From Eledone cirrhosa (taxonomy: Eukaryota), in the NCBI GenBank assembly GCA_964016885.1, contig OZ024741.1:23188001-23252000 (forward strand): a stretch of DNA of 64,000 nt, given 5' to 3'. The translations under genes and the position numbers were made by a program. The notes below the pieces were generated by a model. The model had not been told where the DNA came from. It saw only the letters and a list, made by a program, of their open reading frames with translations, and searched no databases. Positions 13,020 to 25,839 of this stretch are shown here, piece by piece; position 1 is the stretch's first letter; each line of letters begins with the position of its first letter.

Positions 13020-14500
13020 CACATTTCACCTTGTGGTGTATTAGTTTCTATCTTAATAACTATCAAATCAATCACAGTACTCAATCAATCACATAATCCT
13101 TTCCTTTTCACCAACATGTCCATACTACTTTAGTCTTGTTTACAGTCATTCTTACTTGTATGGATGCAAATTTGTGGACACTATTTGTCGGTAACAAAAG
13201 CAATAACTTTCACTATGATGAGTTAGAAAATTTATAGTTTTCACAGTTGGTGACAGTGTGAAGCAGTGCAGGTGAGCTTAAGAAGATGAGTTCAAAGTAT
13301 GCATTATCCATTGCTTTCTACTAACTAATGCCTAACTAAATATTAATAGATATCTCACACACTTGTTTCCAGTTTGCCTTCAGATACTATTGCATATTCA
13401 ATATATCACACACTAACTGCTGCAGATATTCCTAAATTAACTGCCTGTATATTACTGGGTGGTGTGCCACAGCTTAAAATCGGTGTGGAAGTTGGACCTT
13501 CATAAAGACCTGAAGATCTATCTCTTTGTTGCTGTAGTGGAGTCTGTGCTGCTGTATGGGTCTGAGACTTGGACACTGACCAAGAAACTCACTCAGATGG
13601 TGGATGGGTGCTACACAAGAATGCTGAGGATGGCTGTGAACATTAATCAGTATACACTGAGGATGAAGAACTCAGAGCTGTACGGGAGCCTCCCAAAAGT
13701 CAGCTCGAGAGTAGCACAGAGGAGACTGAGGTTAGCTGGACATGCTCACCGACATCCAGAGTTGACACTGCACTCAGTGCTCCTGTGGGAACCCTTGCAT
13801 GGACACACTGGAAGAGGAAGACCAAGGTTAACATGTTGATGCCCTAAGGACAGACACTGGTCTCTTGGAGATGTAGGACATGGCAGCGATAATGAGGGAC
13901 AGAGACCGCTGGAGAGAACTCGTCCATAGATCTCGGGAATTTTACCCGCCCTAGAGATATTACTGTCATACAGCACCATATTCCTTACAGAAGCTTCATA
14001 TGAATAATACTCTCTCTCTTGATGGCATATTTTTGAAACTTCTTTCACGACCCTAACTCCTATTCTATCTCTGCGACACTACCAACACTATACCACCTAG
14101 ATAAGTGAATTTTACTAAGACATGTAAGCAGTTCTTGGTTTTCAATTCATGGCTGTTCACTTCAGGATATCTGATGCACCTAAGATTCAATTTTTCTGCC
14201 AATCTCTCAGTTTAATAGATTTCTATCACCTACATAATCTAATTCCTAAATCAGTGACTTAATTTCTTTAATAATCCTGTTATTCGAGTATCATTAACAT
14301 GTATGCATGGATTTTAGTTTTAAGTAGATGCTTAGAGATAACCTTTTTTCCCTTTTCAAAGTCCATCACATGTCAAGCAATGACACGCCATCTCTGTCCT
14401 GAATCATCAAATACTTCTTTAATCCATTCTTAGTGAATTATCTCTAATTCAACTTCTTTCACTTTTTCTACTACAAAATGGCTTCCACATTAAAGCTTCT
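13020..14500 (-). mobile_element. Old, heavily decayed RTE 3' half (interrupted)
   Basis: Remnant motifs SYEASVRNMVLYDS (compare YDACIRTAMLHGS) and RLK*YGHV. Confidence 0.6.
13458..13956 (+). mobile_element. 5'-truncated RTE-type LINE of a different family, nested insertion
   Basis: Translates VESVLLYGSETW...RRLRLAGH...GRGRP. 9-bp TSD ATATTACTG at 13449-13457 and 13957-13965. Confidence 0.85.
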
Positions 14501-14896
14501 ACATCTTTTAGCTAGATGTAAAGATGAAAGCAGGAGATTAAATATATCTGCAACTTCAATAAGAAGTCATAGTTTCCATTATATGATGCACAAAGGTATA
14601 TGATTAAAGAGAGAGAAACAAAAACGATCAATTCACCACCAAGTGCAACAACTGGCCACATCACATCACAAGAGTCAATGGAAATTTTTGAGACAAGCCA
14701 ACATGCTTGCAGCATTACAGTGGGTGATGGCGAGGCTAAGGCACTAAAATAATCAAGTACCCTCATGGGCAACACCTGACAACTCGGTAAAGCAAGCCAC
14801 TAATGATATATGCATGTGTATGTATGTAAGATGAAGCAACAAAGTTGAAATTTCAAAGTCATTGTCACTTTTCTCTTCAGAAAATAAAGTTTCCAT

Positions 14897-15315
14897 TCAT
14901 CATCCCCATTTAACGTCCATTTTTCCACACTAGCATGGGTTAAACACGTTGTCCTGTTTGAAGCAAGTTGGGTCAGGTGACCATGTCTTGCTCATACAGA
15001 ACTGATTTTGGCTTGGTTTCTACGGCTGGATGCCCTTCCTAACACCAACCACATTTACAGTGTGTGCTGGGTGCTTTTTGTCGTGACACCTATATGACCC
15101 CATTACAGTGTGTGCTGGGTGCTGTTTGTCATGACACCCACATGACCACTTTACAGTGTGGACTGGGTGCTTTTTGTTGTGACACCAACACGACCACATT
15201 ACAGTATGTGCTGGGTGCTTTTTATCATGACACCTACATGACCACATTACAGTGTGGGCTGGGTGCTTTTTACCATGTCGCCATTACAGCCACTTTACAG
15301 TGTGGGCTGGAGGCT
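14897..15315 (-). mobile_element. RTE family A 3' UTR fragment with ~6 copies of the 40-bp repeat
   Basis: Matches 5016-5270. Confidence 0.85.
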
Positions 15316-15467
15316 TCACTAGATCTAACAAAGAACCAAGCATCTTCATGTTTTCATCAATTAGTTTTCTGACTCAATCAATGAAGTAACAAAATTAAAA
15401 ATTACAATATACATCTGTATCAAGAAGCAGTATTTTTCATAACATTATTTAATATTTCCCCCAAGAA

Positions 15468-15820
15468 TCATCATCATTACTGGCTTTATGTCTGTTTTTC
15501 CATGCTTGCTTGGGTTGGATGTGTCATTTTCAACACAGTATCTCTCCACTTGCCACATTCCTTCGTCATCACCTCTGAGTCTCAGCGATTTGAGATCAGC
15601 TCTCACCACCTCTGCTCAGGTCTTTCTTGGTCTATCTCTACTACCGCTTCCTATCACTTGGAATTTCCTGGCATTTTTCACCCATCGATCATCATTCACA
15701 TACATCACATATCCATACCAAAGCAGACTTCTCTCTTGCACACCACCTCAGATTCCTCTTAAACCCAGCTTCTCCCTCAGTTCATCCAAGCTCTACCTTT
15801 CTCTCACATTGCACATCCAA
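15468..15820 (-). mobile_element. RTE family B 3' fragment
   Basis: Homologous to 61366-61838 and 54181-54385; (GAT)n tail. Confidence 0.8.
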
Positions 15821-15927
15821 GAATATGATAAAACTAAAAAGTGTTCTAGTTTTACAAAGTCAAGAAAAGCTGTGAAATTTTGTTTGCAACCACATGGTTT
15901 TAGGTATTATCCCACTACATGGCATGA

Positions 15928-18900
15928 ACAATGTCTTTATCTAGGGACATTTTATGGATCTTAACTCTAAAATAAATTGCAAAAATCATTATAAATCATT
16001 GTGAAGCGCCAATCCAGAAACAGGAAGCACACACACACCCCTGCAAAAATCGACCCTTCCCTATGAGTGTCGACAAATGCCCAAAACTCCGAGTTGGTAC
16101 CATCAATGTAAGCACAATGAAAGGAAGAGCAGGAGAAATCGTAGAAATGCTAGAGCGAAAGGAAGTTGATGTATGTTGTGTGCAAGAGACTAGATGGAGA
16201 GGAGAGTCTGCTAGAATCCTTGTAGGAAACAGTCAGTGCTACAAATTTTTCTGGGTGGGAAATGACGATGGGATGGGTGGTGTAGGTATACTATTAGCTG
16301 ACAAGTGGGTAGATAAAGTAATCTCAGTGTACAGGGTAAATGCAAGAATCATTAAACTCAGACTAGTCCTGAATAAAACAATTACCACAATAATATCAGC
16401 TTACGCACCCCAATCGGGGTTGCCAGACGAACTTAAGGATAGGTTTTACCAGTCCCTAATGCACACTACTGCTCTAACAAACGACAATGACTTCCTAATC
16501 ATCGCAGGAGATTTTAACGGACACATAGGTAAACACTGTAATGGCTTCAATAGAGTACATGGAGGCCATGGGGTTGGCACAAGAAATGAAGAAGGATTCA
16601 AACTTCTAGAATTCTGCGACGCCAATGACATGTCGATATGTAACACAAACTTCAAAAAACCCGACAACCACCTGATCACCTATAGATCAGGGGAGCATTC
16701 TAGTCAGATAGATTTTATCCTCATCAGAGGACGTGACAGAAGGACGGTCGTAAACACAAAAGCCTTCCCTAGTAAGGAATGTACCTCCCAACATAGCTTA
16801 GTTGTCAGCGACCTCACAGTCAGAACTAGACGAACCTGGAAACAGAGGCCAACCTGGAGAAGAAAGATCTGGAAGTTGAAAGACCCCTCAGCCAGTAACA
16901 GATTTAAAGATATTTTACTCAACGCCTACGACAGTAAAGAAGAACAGATAGAGACATTCAATGTAGAAGAGCACTGGGAGTTCCTAAAAAAATAACTTAC
17001 TAGAGGCAACAGATGAGGTCTGTGGCTGGAGTAAGACCACAAGCAGGAGGAGAGTGACTTGGTGGTGGAACAATAAGGTAGATGAGGCAGTTAAGGCCAA
17101 GAGACAGGCATGGAAAGAATGGAAGAACGGGGGGAGCAGGGTACATTACATAGAGACCAAGAGGGAAGCTAGGCGACAAGTATACTTAGCTAGGAGGGAA
17201 GCAGAGGATAAAAAATTCAAGCATGTTTTGCAACGTGAGGACCAGAAACAGGAAGTATTCAAGATTACGAGGCAGTGTGTCAGAGATAGTTGTGATGTCA
17301 TTGGAGAGAAGTGTATCCGGAATGATAAAGGTGAGCTTGCCCTCACAAGTGCTGAGAAGAAAGATACATGGAAGAGTCATTATAATAGATTACTAAATGA
17401 GGAGAATGCATGGGAAGAAGAGACCCTATAGAGGGGCCAGCAGTGCAAGTCAGCAGCAGCGTAGTAAGTAAGGCAATCAAAGATATGAAGATGGGGAAGG
17501 CAACCGGTCCATCGGGTATAGCTGCCGAGATGCTGAAGGCATCTGGGTCTGTAGGTCACACTATAACCACACGTATTGTTAACCAGGTAATACTAGAAGG
17601 TGTCATACCAAAAGATTGGTGCAGTAGCATCATTGTCAACTGCTACAAAGGTAAAGGTGATGCACTCGATAGAGGAAACTATAGAGGTATAAAGCTGATG
17701 GACCAGGTCATGAAAGTAACAGAAAGAGTTATAGCACAGTTGATTAGGGACCGGGTGGAACTAGATGAGATGCAATTTGGGTTTGTACCAGGAAGAGGCA
17801 CCACTGATGCCCTCTTCCTTGTGAGGCAGTTAAAGGAAAAGTACCTAGCTAAAAGTAAGCCACTCTACTTGGCATTCGTCGATCTCGAGAAAGCCTTTGA
17901 CAGAGTTCCAAGTGCTGTAATCTGGTGGGCTCTTAGAAAACTAGGAGTAGATGAATGGCTTGTGAAAGCTGTACAAGCCATGTATAGGGGAGCAGTCAGC
18001 AAAGTTAGGATTAGCAATGAGTATAGCGAAGAATTTAGCATACAGGTTGGGGTCCACCAGGGCTCTGTTCTTAGCCCTCTCCTGTTCATCATAGTCCTGC
18101 AGGCAATAACGGAGGAGTTTAAGACCGGATGCCCATGGGAACTCCTGTATGCTGATGACCTCGCACTCATAGCTGAATCTATGGTAGAACTAGAGAATAA
18201 ATTCCAAACCTGGAAGCAGGGACTAGAAAGAAAGGGTCTCAAAGTCAACATGACAAAGACTAAGGTCCTTGTAAGTAGACAAGAAAACAGAACCCAGATC
18301 CCCTCAGGGAAATGGCCTTGCTCAGTATGTAGAAAAGGTGTAGGTAGGAACTCCATTCTCTGCCCCAAATGCAAACAATGGGTACACAAGAGATGTAGCG
18401 GGATCTCAGGAAGCTTAATTAAGAATGTAGGCTTCACATGCAGCAGCTGTACTGGGACAGCAAGCAGCAAACAGCCACAGGAAACAAGTACCACCAATCT
18501 CTGGGAGGGCTCTGTAGAGACAGTAGGCAGCTTCTGCTACCTAGGTGACCGAATTAGCAGCGGAGGTGGGTGTTCAGAAAGTACAATAACTAGGGTAAGA
18601 ACGGGATGGAAGAAGTTTAGGGAACTACTACCACTGCTAGCTGCAAAAGGCTTCTCCCTCAGAATGAAAGGCAGACTGTATGATGCGTGTATTCGAACAG
18701 CAATGTTACATGGTAGTGAGACCTGGACGCTGAAGGTGGAAGACTTACGTAGATTAGAGAGAAATGAAGCCTGCATGCTCCGATGGATGTGTAATAGTAA
18801 TATACGCGAACGACAAAGCATAAATGAATTGAGAGAGAGACTGAGCATAAGAGGAATCAAATGCAGGAGAGGCGGATGCGTTGGTATGGACATGTGATGC

Positions 18901-19248
18901 GTATGAAGGATGACAGCTGCATAAAAAGGTGCAAAGCACTAGAAGTCGATGGAAACCGCGGAGTGGGGAGACCCAAGATGACCTGGGATGAGGTGATCAA
19001 AACCGACCTTACCCACTTACACCTCTCAAAGGCGATGACACACGACCGTGACCTCTGGCGTCACGCAGTAATACAGAGTACCCGACCTCCCATGCTAAAC
19101 TATTCATAATTTCATTTGTACACAACTAGTAGTTGAGAAAATAAACGGTTTTCAATATAATACTGATGGAAAACTTTAGGCTTATAATCATTTTTGCAAT
19201 TTATTTTAGTGTTTCGATCCATGAAATGTCCCTAGATAAAGACAATGT
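15928..19248. mobile_element. MITE/DNA-transposon-like 67-bp terminal inverted repeats enclosing RTE copy 2
   Basis: 15928-15994 is the reverse complement of 19182-19248 at 61/67 positions. No clear TSD. Confidence 0.7.
16001..19097 (+). mobile_element. RTE LINE family A copy 2 (APE + RT, frameshifted, 3' UTR missing)
   Basis: ORF pieces 16063-16995, 17054-17431, 17410-18897 and 18861-19109 are near-identical to copy 1. Confidence 0.96.
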
Positions 19249-20217
19249 GTTATCGTGATTTCCAAGTGACCTAATTGTTTTCTAGAAATTAAATGACCTA
19301 ATTGTATTATGTGGCATTAGTAGCTGATTGATTCAAATGTTGATCTACTGCAAATGTCATCTGTTCGAAGCTCAGCACTAGAATTGTATTGTGACCCAAA
19401 AAAGAGAAACTGTAGATTGTTTCACTTAACATGAACTGAAAATGCATTCCATTCACAAATAAAGCTAACAAAAGCTAACTAAAACACTAACAAAATGTAG
19501 TTTTCTTTACTGACTCCGACAAATATTAATTTGTTTGTTGAACCAAATATTGAACTTATGCAATCATGATCAACAATAAATACATTAGATATTACATTTA
19601 TAAAACAAAGAAATATTATAATGAAGAAAACAAACTGAATAGAAAACATGGTAAAAACAAATAATTGTACTATTAAATAATATTCTATTGCTAAATTTCA
19701 GAGCAATGAGAATGAGGATGAAAAGAGTGTGTTGGTATCTAGCAATGAAAGAGAAATCCAAGATCATATAAGTAAGATGTGTATGGAGAAATACTTCACA
19801 TTTTAACTATAAACTGTAGTAGTAGGTTTCATCATATAAACATATTTTCATAAGGAAATGGTGGATAAGTTCTTACTCAAGGGATACAATGTATGCCAGG
19901 AGTTAGCAGGCAGTCTCAACAGTGAGATAGTAAATGGGTTCTTTGGGAAAGAGAAAAACTGCTGAAAATAAGCAGTGTAGTACATATGTTAGGAGCATTG
20001 CCCTAATTTGGAATGAATCTAAAAGATTTCTAACAAAACAAGATGTAAATAGCATGGTATATGTACAATTGAAATAGTTTTCAGTGAGTTATGTTGAGTT
20101 CCAGAAACTAAAAAGTTACTGGCAATAGATAAGAGTGACAGAGTAACTGGAGATAATGGAGGTTTTAATGTAGGATTATTTGTGAACAACAACAGAAAAC
20201 ACTCTAAATTGGGTCCA

Positions 20218-20360
20218 TCATCTGTTTTACATCATTTTCCCCACGCTAGCATGGGTTAGACAGGTTGTCCTGTTGTGGGCAATGCTAGGTCAAAACAGAT
20301 TTTGGCTTGGTTTCTACAGTTGAATGCTCTTCCTAACATCTACCTCATTTAGAGTGAGTA
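20218..20360 (-). mobile_element. RTE family A 3' terminal fragment fused to a 5S copy
   Basis: CCACGCTAGCATGGGTTAGACAGGTTGTCCTGTTGTGGG matches 5048-5086. Confidence 0.85.
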
Positions 20361-20367
20361 CAAAAGG

Positions 20368-20487
20368 AAATGCCTACTACAGCTCCTAGGTTTCCCAAGT
20401 GGTCACCCATCCAAGTACTAACTAGGCTCGACATAGTTTAACTTCAGTGATCAGACGAGAACCAGTGTTTTCAGTGTGATATGGCCG
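20368..20487 (-). pseudogene. 5S rRNA retrocopy
   Basis: Minus strand reads CGGCCATATCACACTGAAAACACTGGTTCTCGTCTGATCACTGAAGTTAA...TTAGTACTTGGATGGGTGACC...GTAGGCATTT, with multiple CpG-decay changes. Confidence 0.93.
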
Positions 20488-20962
20488 GTCCAATAAAAAA
20501 TAAATTTAAATATCAAAAATACTAACGAAGGAGAAAATGTTGAAATGTTGGTAAATTTCTAGCACCCCTTCGTATATCACTTAATAATGATTTAAGAAGA
20601 GAGAATTTTGTTTTCACTAATTACAACTACAATTCATGTGTTCCAGAATGGCCTTCATTGTAAATTTGTCTTCAGAAAACAAGTTGTAAAATTCTTTAGG
20701 GTAAGATGAGTCGTTAATGTCTAAGTCAGTTCTTATTCATCAGAGCTACTCCCAAGATGAGTTGAGGGATCATGTCATGCTCATATGTTTCTCTGGCTGG
20801 ATGCCCTTCCTAATACCAACCACTGAACTAGAAGTGTTTTATCAGAGCACCAGCACTAAGGATGCTGATAAGTACTCAACGTGACTAAAGAGTCCTCTTT
20901 ACCTTACATTCTCGACCATTTTACAAAGTGTACGGAATTCAGTTTATAATTATGGCACTAGT

Positions 20963-21170
20963 GATTTGGCAGTATCAGTAGAATGTCAGACACCATGCTT
21001 CATGACAGAGTTACATCCCTTTACGCTCTGAGTTCAAATCCCGCGAAGGTTAGCTTTGCCTTTATCCTTATGAGGTCAATAAATATAGCACCAGTAATGC
21101 ACTGGGGTCAATTTAATCAATTTTCCCCCACTCCCCAAATTGTTGGCCTTGTGCCTAAATCAGAAACTTA
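20963..21170 (+). mobile_element. tRNA-derived SINE with Meta-like core
   Basis: B box GAGTTCAAATCCC and core CTTTGCCTTT(C)ATCCTT..GGTC(G)ATAAA; same family as 52649-52835. Confidence 0.85.
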
Positions 21171-21345
21171 TAGTACCAAAGCTAGAAAGGGTGTCTTGTA
21201 CTCTGTAGGGCTAAGGAGACCTTTCCATTCCATGAAGTCTCCATTTTTCTTCAAAGAAAATGTGACTGAAAGTGATTAGAAGGGAATTGATGAGAAAGGG
21301 TTGGAAGAAAGCGTATGATGTTAGTGTGAAGAGGGAAATAGAGTG

Positions 21346-23437
21346 GTATGATGGTGGTGGTGTGGTGATGGTGGTGGTGTGGTGATGGTGGTGGTGTGGT
21401 GATGGTGGTGGTGTGGTGATGGTGTGGTGATGGTGTGGTGATGGTGTGGTGATGGTGTGGTGATGGTGTGGTGATGGTGTGGTGATGGTGTGGTGATGGT
21501 GATGGTGTGGTGATGGTGATGGTGTGGTGATGGTGTGGTGATGGTGGTGGTGTGGTGATGGTGGTGGTGTGGTGATGGTGGTGGTGTGGTGATGGTGGTG
21601 GTGTGGTGATGGTGGTGGTGATGGTGGTGGTGTGGTGATGGTGGTGGTGTGGTGATGGTGTGGTGATGGTGGTGGTGTGGTGATGGTGGTGGTGTGGTGA
21701 TGGTGTGGTGATAGTGGTGGTGTGGTGATGGTGGTGGTGTGGTGATGGTGGTGGTGTGGTGATGGTGTGGTGATGGTGTGGTGATGGTGTGGTGATGGTG
21801 GTGGTGTGGTGATGGTGGTGGTGTGGTGATGGTGTGGTGATGGTGGTGGTGTGGTGATGGTGGTGGTGTGGTGATGGTGGTGGTGTGGTGGTGGTGTGGT
21901 GATGGTGGTGGTGTGGTGATGGTGGTGGTGTGGTGATGGTGGTGGTGGTGTGGTGATGGTGGTGGTGTGGTGATGGTGTGGTGGTGTGGTGATGGTGGTG
22001 GTGTGGTGATGGTGGTGGTGTGGTGGTGTGGTGGTGGTGGTGTGGTGATGGTGGTGGTGTGGTGATGGTGGTGGTGTGGTGGTGTGGTGGTGGTGGTGAT
22101 GGTGGTGGTGTGGTGATGGTGGTGGTGTGGTGGTGTGGTGGTGGTGGTGTGGTGGTGGTGGTGGTGGTGGTGGTGGTGGTGGTGGTGGTGGTGGTGGTGT
22201 GGTGATGGTGGTGTGGTGATGGTGGTGGTGTGGTGATGGTGGTGGTGTGGTGATGGTGGTGGTGTGGTGGTGGTGTGGTGATGGTGTGGTGATGGTGGTG
22301 GTGTGGTGATGGTGGTGGTGTGGTGATTGTGTGGTGATGGTGGTGGTGGTGGTGTGGTGATGGTGGTGGTGTGGTGATGGTGGTGGTGTGGTGATGGTGG
22401 TGGTGTGGTGATGGTGTGGTGATGGTGATGGTGTGGTGATGGTGGTGTGGTGATGGTGGTGTGGTGATGGTGGTGGTGGTGTGGTGATGGTGGTGGTGGT
22501 GTGGTGATGGTGGTGGTGTGGTGATGGTGATGGTGTGGTGATGGTGGTGTGGTGATGGTGGTGTGGTGATGGTGGTGTGGTGATGGTGGTGTGGTGATGG
22601 TGGTGGTGTGGTGATGGTGATGGTGTGGTGATGGTGATGGTGTGGTGATGGTGATGGTGTGGTGATGGTGGTGGTGTGGTGATGGTGGTGGTGTGGTGAT
22701 GGTGGTGGTGTGGTGATGGTGTGGTGCTTGTGGTGGTGTGGTGATTGTGTGGTGATGGTGGTGGTGTGGTGATGGTGGTGGTGTGGTGATGGTGGTGGTG
22801 TGGTGATGGTGGTGGTGTGGTGATGGTGGTGGTGTGGTGATGGTGGTGGTGTGGTGATGGTGGTGGTGTGGTGATGGTGGTGGTGTGGTGATGGTGGTGG
22901 TGTGGTGATGGTGGTGGTGTGGTGATGGTGGTGGTGTGGTGATGGTGGTGGTGTGGTGGTGGTGGTGGTGTGGTGGTGGTGTGGTGGTGGTGTGGTGATG
23001 GTGGTGGTGTGGTGATGGTGGTGGTGTGGTGATGGTGGTGGTGTGGTGATGGTGGTGGTGTGGTGATGGTGGTGGTGTGGTGATGGTGGTGGTGTGGTGA
23101 TGGTGATTGTGGTGGTGTGGTGATGGTGATTGTGGTGGTGTGGTGATGGTGATTGTGGTGGTGTGGTGATGGTGATGGTGGTGGTGTGGTGATGGTGATG
23201 GTGGTGGTGTGGTGGTGATGGTGATGGTGGTGGTGTGGTGGTGTGGTGATGGTGGTGGTGTGGTGGTGTGGTGATGGTGGTGGTGTGGTGGTGTGGTGAT
23301 GGTGGTGGTGTGGTGGTGTGGTGATGGTGGTGGTGTGGTGATGGTGGTGGTGTGGTGATGGTGGTGGTGTGGTGATGGTGGTGGTGTGGTGATGGTGGTG
23401 GTGTGGTGATGGTGGTGGTGTGGTGGTGATGGTGGTG
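21346..23437. repeat. (GGT/GAT/GT) compound microsatellite
   Basis: About 2.1 kb of GGTGGTGGTGTGGTGAT units. Confidence 0.97.
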
Positions 23438-23510
23438 AGTGATTGTATAGCAGCACGAGCAGCATGATGGGATATTAATAGGGGTCATTGTAGGAGAGAT
23501 TGAATGATTG

Positions 23511-24244
23511 ATACCACTGGGGAGTGGGGGTGGTACCACTGGAATGTGGGGGTGGTACCACTGGGGAGTGGGGGTGGTACCACTGGGATGTGGGGGGTGG
23601 TACCACTGGGATGTGGGGGGTGGTACCACTGGGATGTGGGGGTGGTACCACTGGGGAGTGGGGGTGGTACCACTGGGGAGTGAAGGTGGTACCACTGGGG
23701 AGTGGGTGGGGTACCACTGGGGAGTGGGTGGGGTACCACTGGGGAGTGGGTGGGGTACCACTGGGGAGTGGGTGGGGTACCACTGGGGAGTGGGTGGGGT
23801 GTCACTGGGGAGTGGGGGTGGTAACACTGGGGAGTGGGGGTGGTAACACTGGGGAGTGGGGGTGGTACCACTGGGGAGTGGGGGTGGTACCACTGGGGAG
23901 TGGGGGTGGTGCCACTGGGGAGTGGGTGGGGTGCCACTGGGGAGTGGGTGGGGTGCCACTGGGGAGTGGGTGGGGTGCCACTGGGGAGTGGGGGTGTGTC
24001 ACTGGGGAGTGGGGGTGGTACCACTGGGGAGTGGGTGGGGTGCCACTGGGGAGTGGGGGTGGTACCACTGGGGAGTGGGGGTGCCACTGGGGAGTGGGGG
24101 GTGCCACTGGGGAGTGGGGGTGGTGCCACTGGGGAGTGGGTGGGGTGCCACTGGGGAGTGGGTGGGGTGCCACTGGGGAGTGGGTGGGGTGCCACTGGGG
24201 AGTGGGTGGGGTGCCACTGGGGAGTAGGGGTGGTACCACTGGGA
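23511..24244. repeat. ~22-bp G-rich minisatellite (GGTACCACTGGGGAGTGGGTGG)
   Basis: Tandem units with G3-G6 runs. Confidence 0.95.
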
Positions 24245-24399
24245 TAAAGATGGCTGTAATAATATCAATATTTGAAATGTATTATAATTTCTTGTTTGAA
24301 AATCTGCAAATTTTTGTATCAAACTTGAAACAACTTTCAGTTTTATGATGAATAGAGATAAACACACAAAATATAGATACATATACACACACAATACAT

Positions 24400-24433
<34 letters not shown>

Positions 24434-24544
24434 GCCTCAATACCAATGTAGAGTCATGGTGTAATAAAACTCATCACTTAGCCATAAAGATTATACACAC
24501 ACGCACACATATATATATATACATCTACACAGATACATATATAT

Positions 24545-24579
<35 letters not shown>

Positions 24580-24612
24580 TATATATATACATCTACACAG
24601 ATACATATATAT

Positions 24613-24647
<35 letters not shown>

Positions 24648-24974
24648 TATATATATACACACACATACACCAAAGTTATATAACTGTAGAGCTTCTTTTG
24701 TTACTATCTTTTGAGATTTGGTTGTATACTTCCACTTTTGATTAGAGAGAGAGAGCTTGCTAAGCAAACAAAGGGTCCTCCTGACCCTTCAGTCATGCCA
24801 TGAACATGACAGCCTTCCTGTCCAACCCTTGCTAGCAGGAAAAGTGAAAGTTAAAATGATGATGATATATAAATAGCTGTCTAAACACACACACACACAC
24901 AGACACACACACACACACACATACATAGATGCTTTCCTCCTTTTCTTACTCTCAGCTAACTATTTCTTCTTCTG

Positions 24975-25010
24975 TCTCTGATGATGCACTAACATCCGAA
25001 ACATCAAGAT
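24975..25010 (+). ncRNA. Degenerate minimal hammerhead motif in a PLE-like tail
   Basis: CTGATGA-tgcactaacatcc-GAAAC-ATC; homologous to 35586-35620. Confidence 0.5.
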
Positions 25011-25839
25011 TCTTTTCCTACTATAGCCAGTGTTAAACTAATATATTTCATCATTGGACTGTATTGGTCTCCTATGTTGTTTTTTCTTGATGTTTTGCAT
25101 ACATCACACACACACAAACACATAAGCTGTGCCTTTTTCTACGAAAATAGGATGTAAAAATTAAGCATGACTTGTTTACTGAACATAAAACTCAAACAAG
25201 ATATATGGTACATTGTAAATAGCATCTATAAAATGTGGGTGTGACCCACACACACAGGGCATACACATGCAGATACACACACATACATTCATATACACAC
25301 ACAGTCCCTCTCTTGCTTTAAATATTTTTGTTCTTGATATTGCTGTAGCCCCCTCCTCCTCCAGCGAGAGATTATAAAAAAAAATTAAGAGGACATTGGC
25401 CAAATTATTTGAGAGAAAAAGTAAGTAAGAGCGTGCGTGCGTGCGTGTGCGTGCGTGCGTGTACATTATTTTATTGACCCTGTAAGGATGTTACTGCAAA
25501 GCATAGTTACTGGTGCTCTACCGATACTGCCAATCCACAAATATTGATCTATTTTAGATCACACCAATTTCGTTCGCAAACATTCACAGACATGCGTTTT
25601 CTTCTTCATTTCTTCAAACGCTATAACTTTTGCTCCTCTGAAGCAACAAGTGACATGACACTTTGATCAATGTACCAGTCAGAAAAAAAATTGGACGGAT
25701 TTAGTAAATTATAACTTATGATGGAAGGTTTGAGATGAGTATAAATACTTTAAAACAAAGAGACTTGTATCAGAACGAGGGGCAGATAAATTGAAATACT
25801 TATGTTCACATTTGGAGAATCGTACAGTGATAAGCTTAA

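Noticed and set aside
21251-24348. 902-aa and 714-aa Pro/His-rich ORFs (extensin/mucin-like)
   Set aside because: Simple repeats open in multiple frames on both strands; no splice context.
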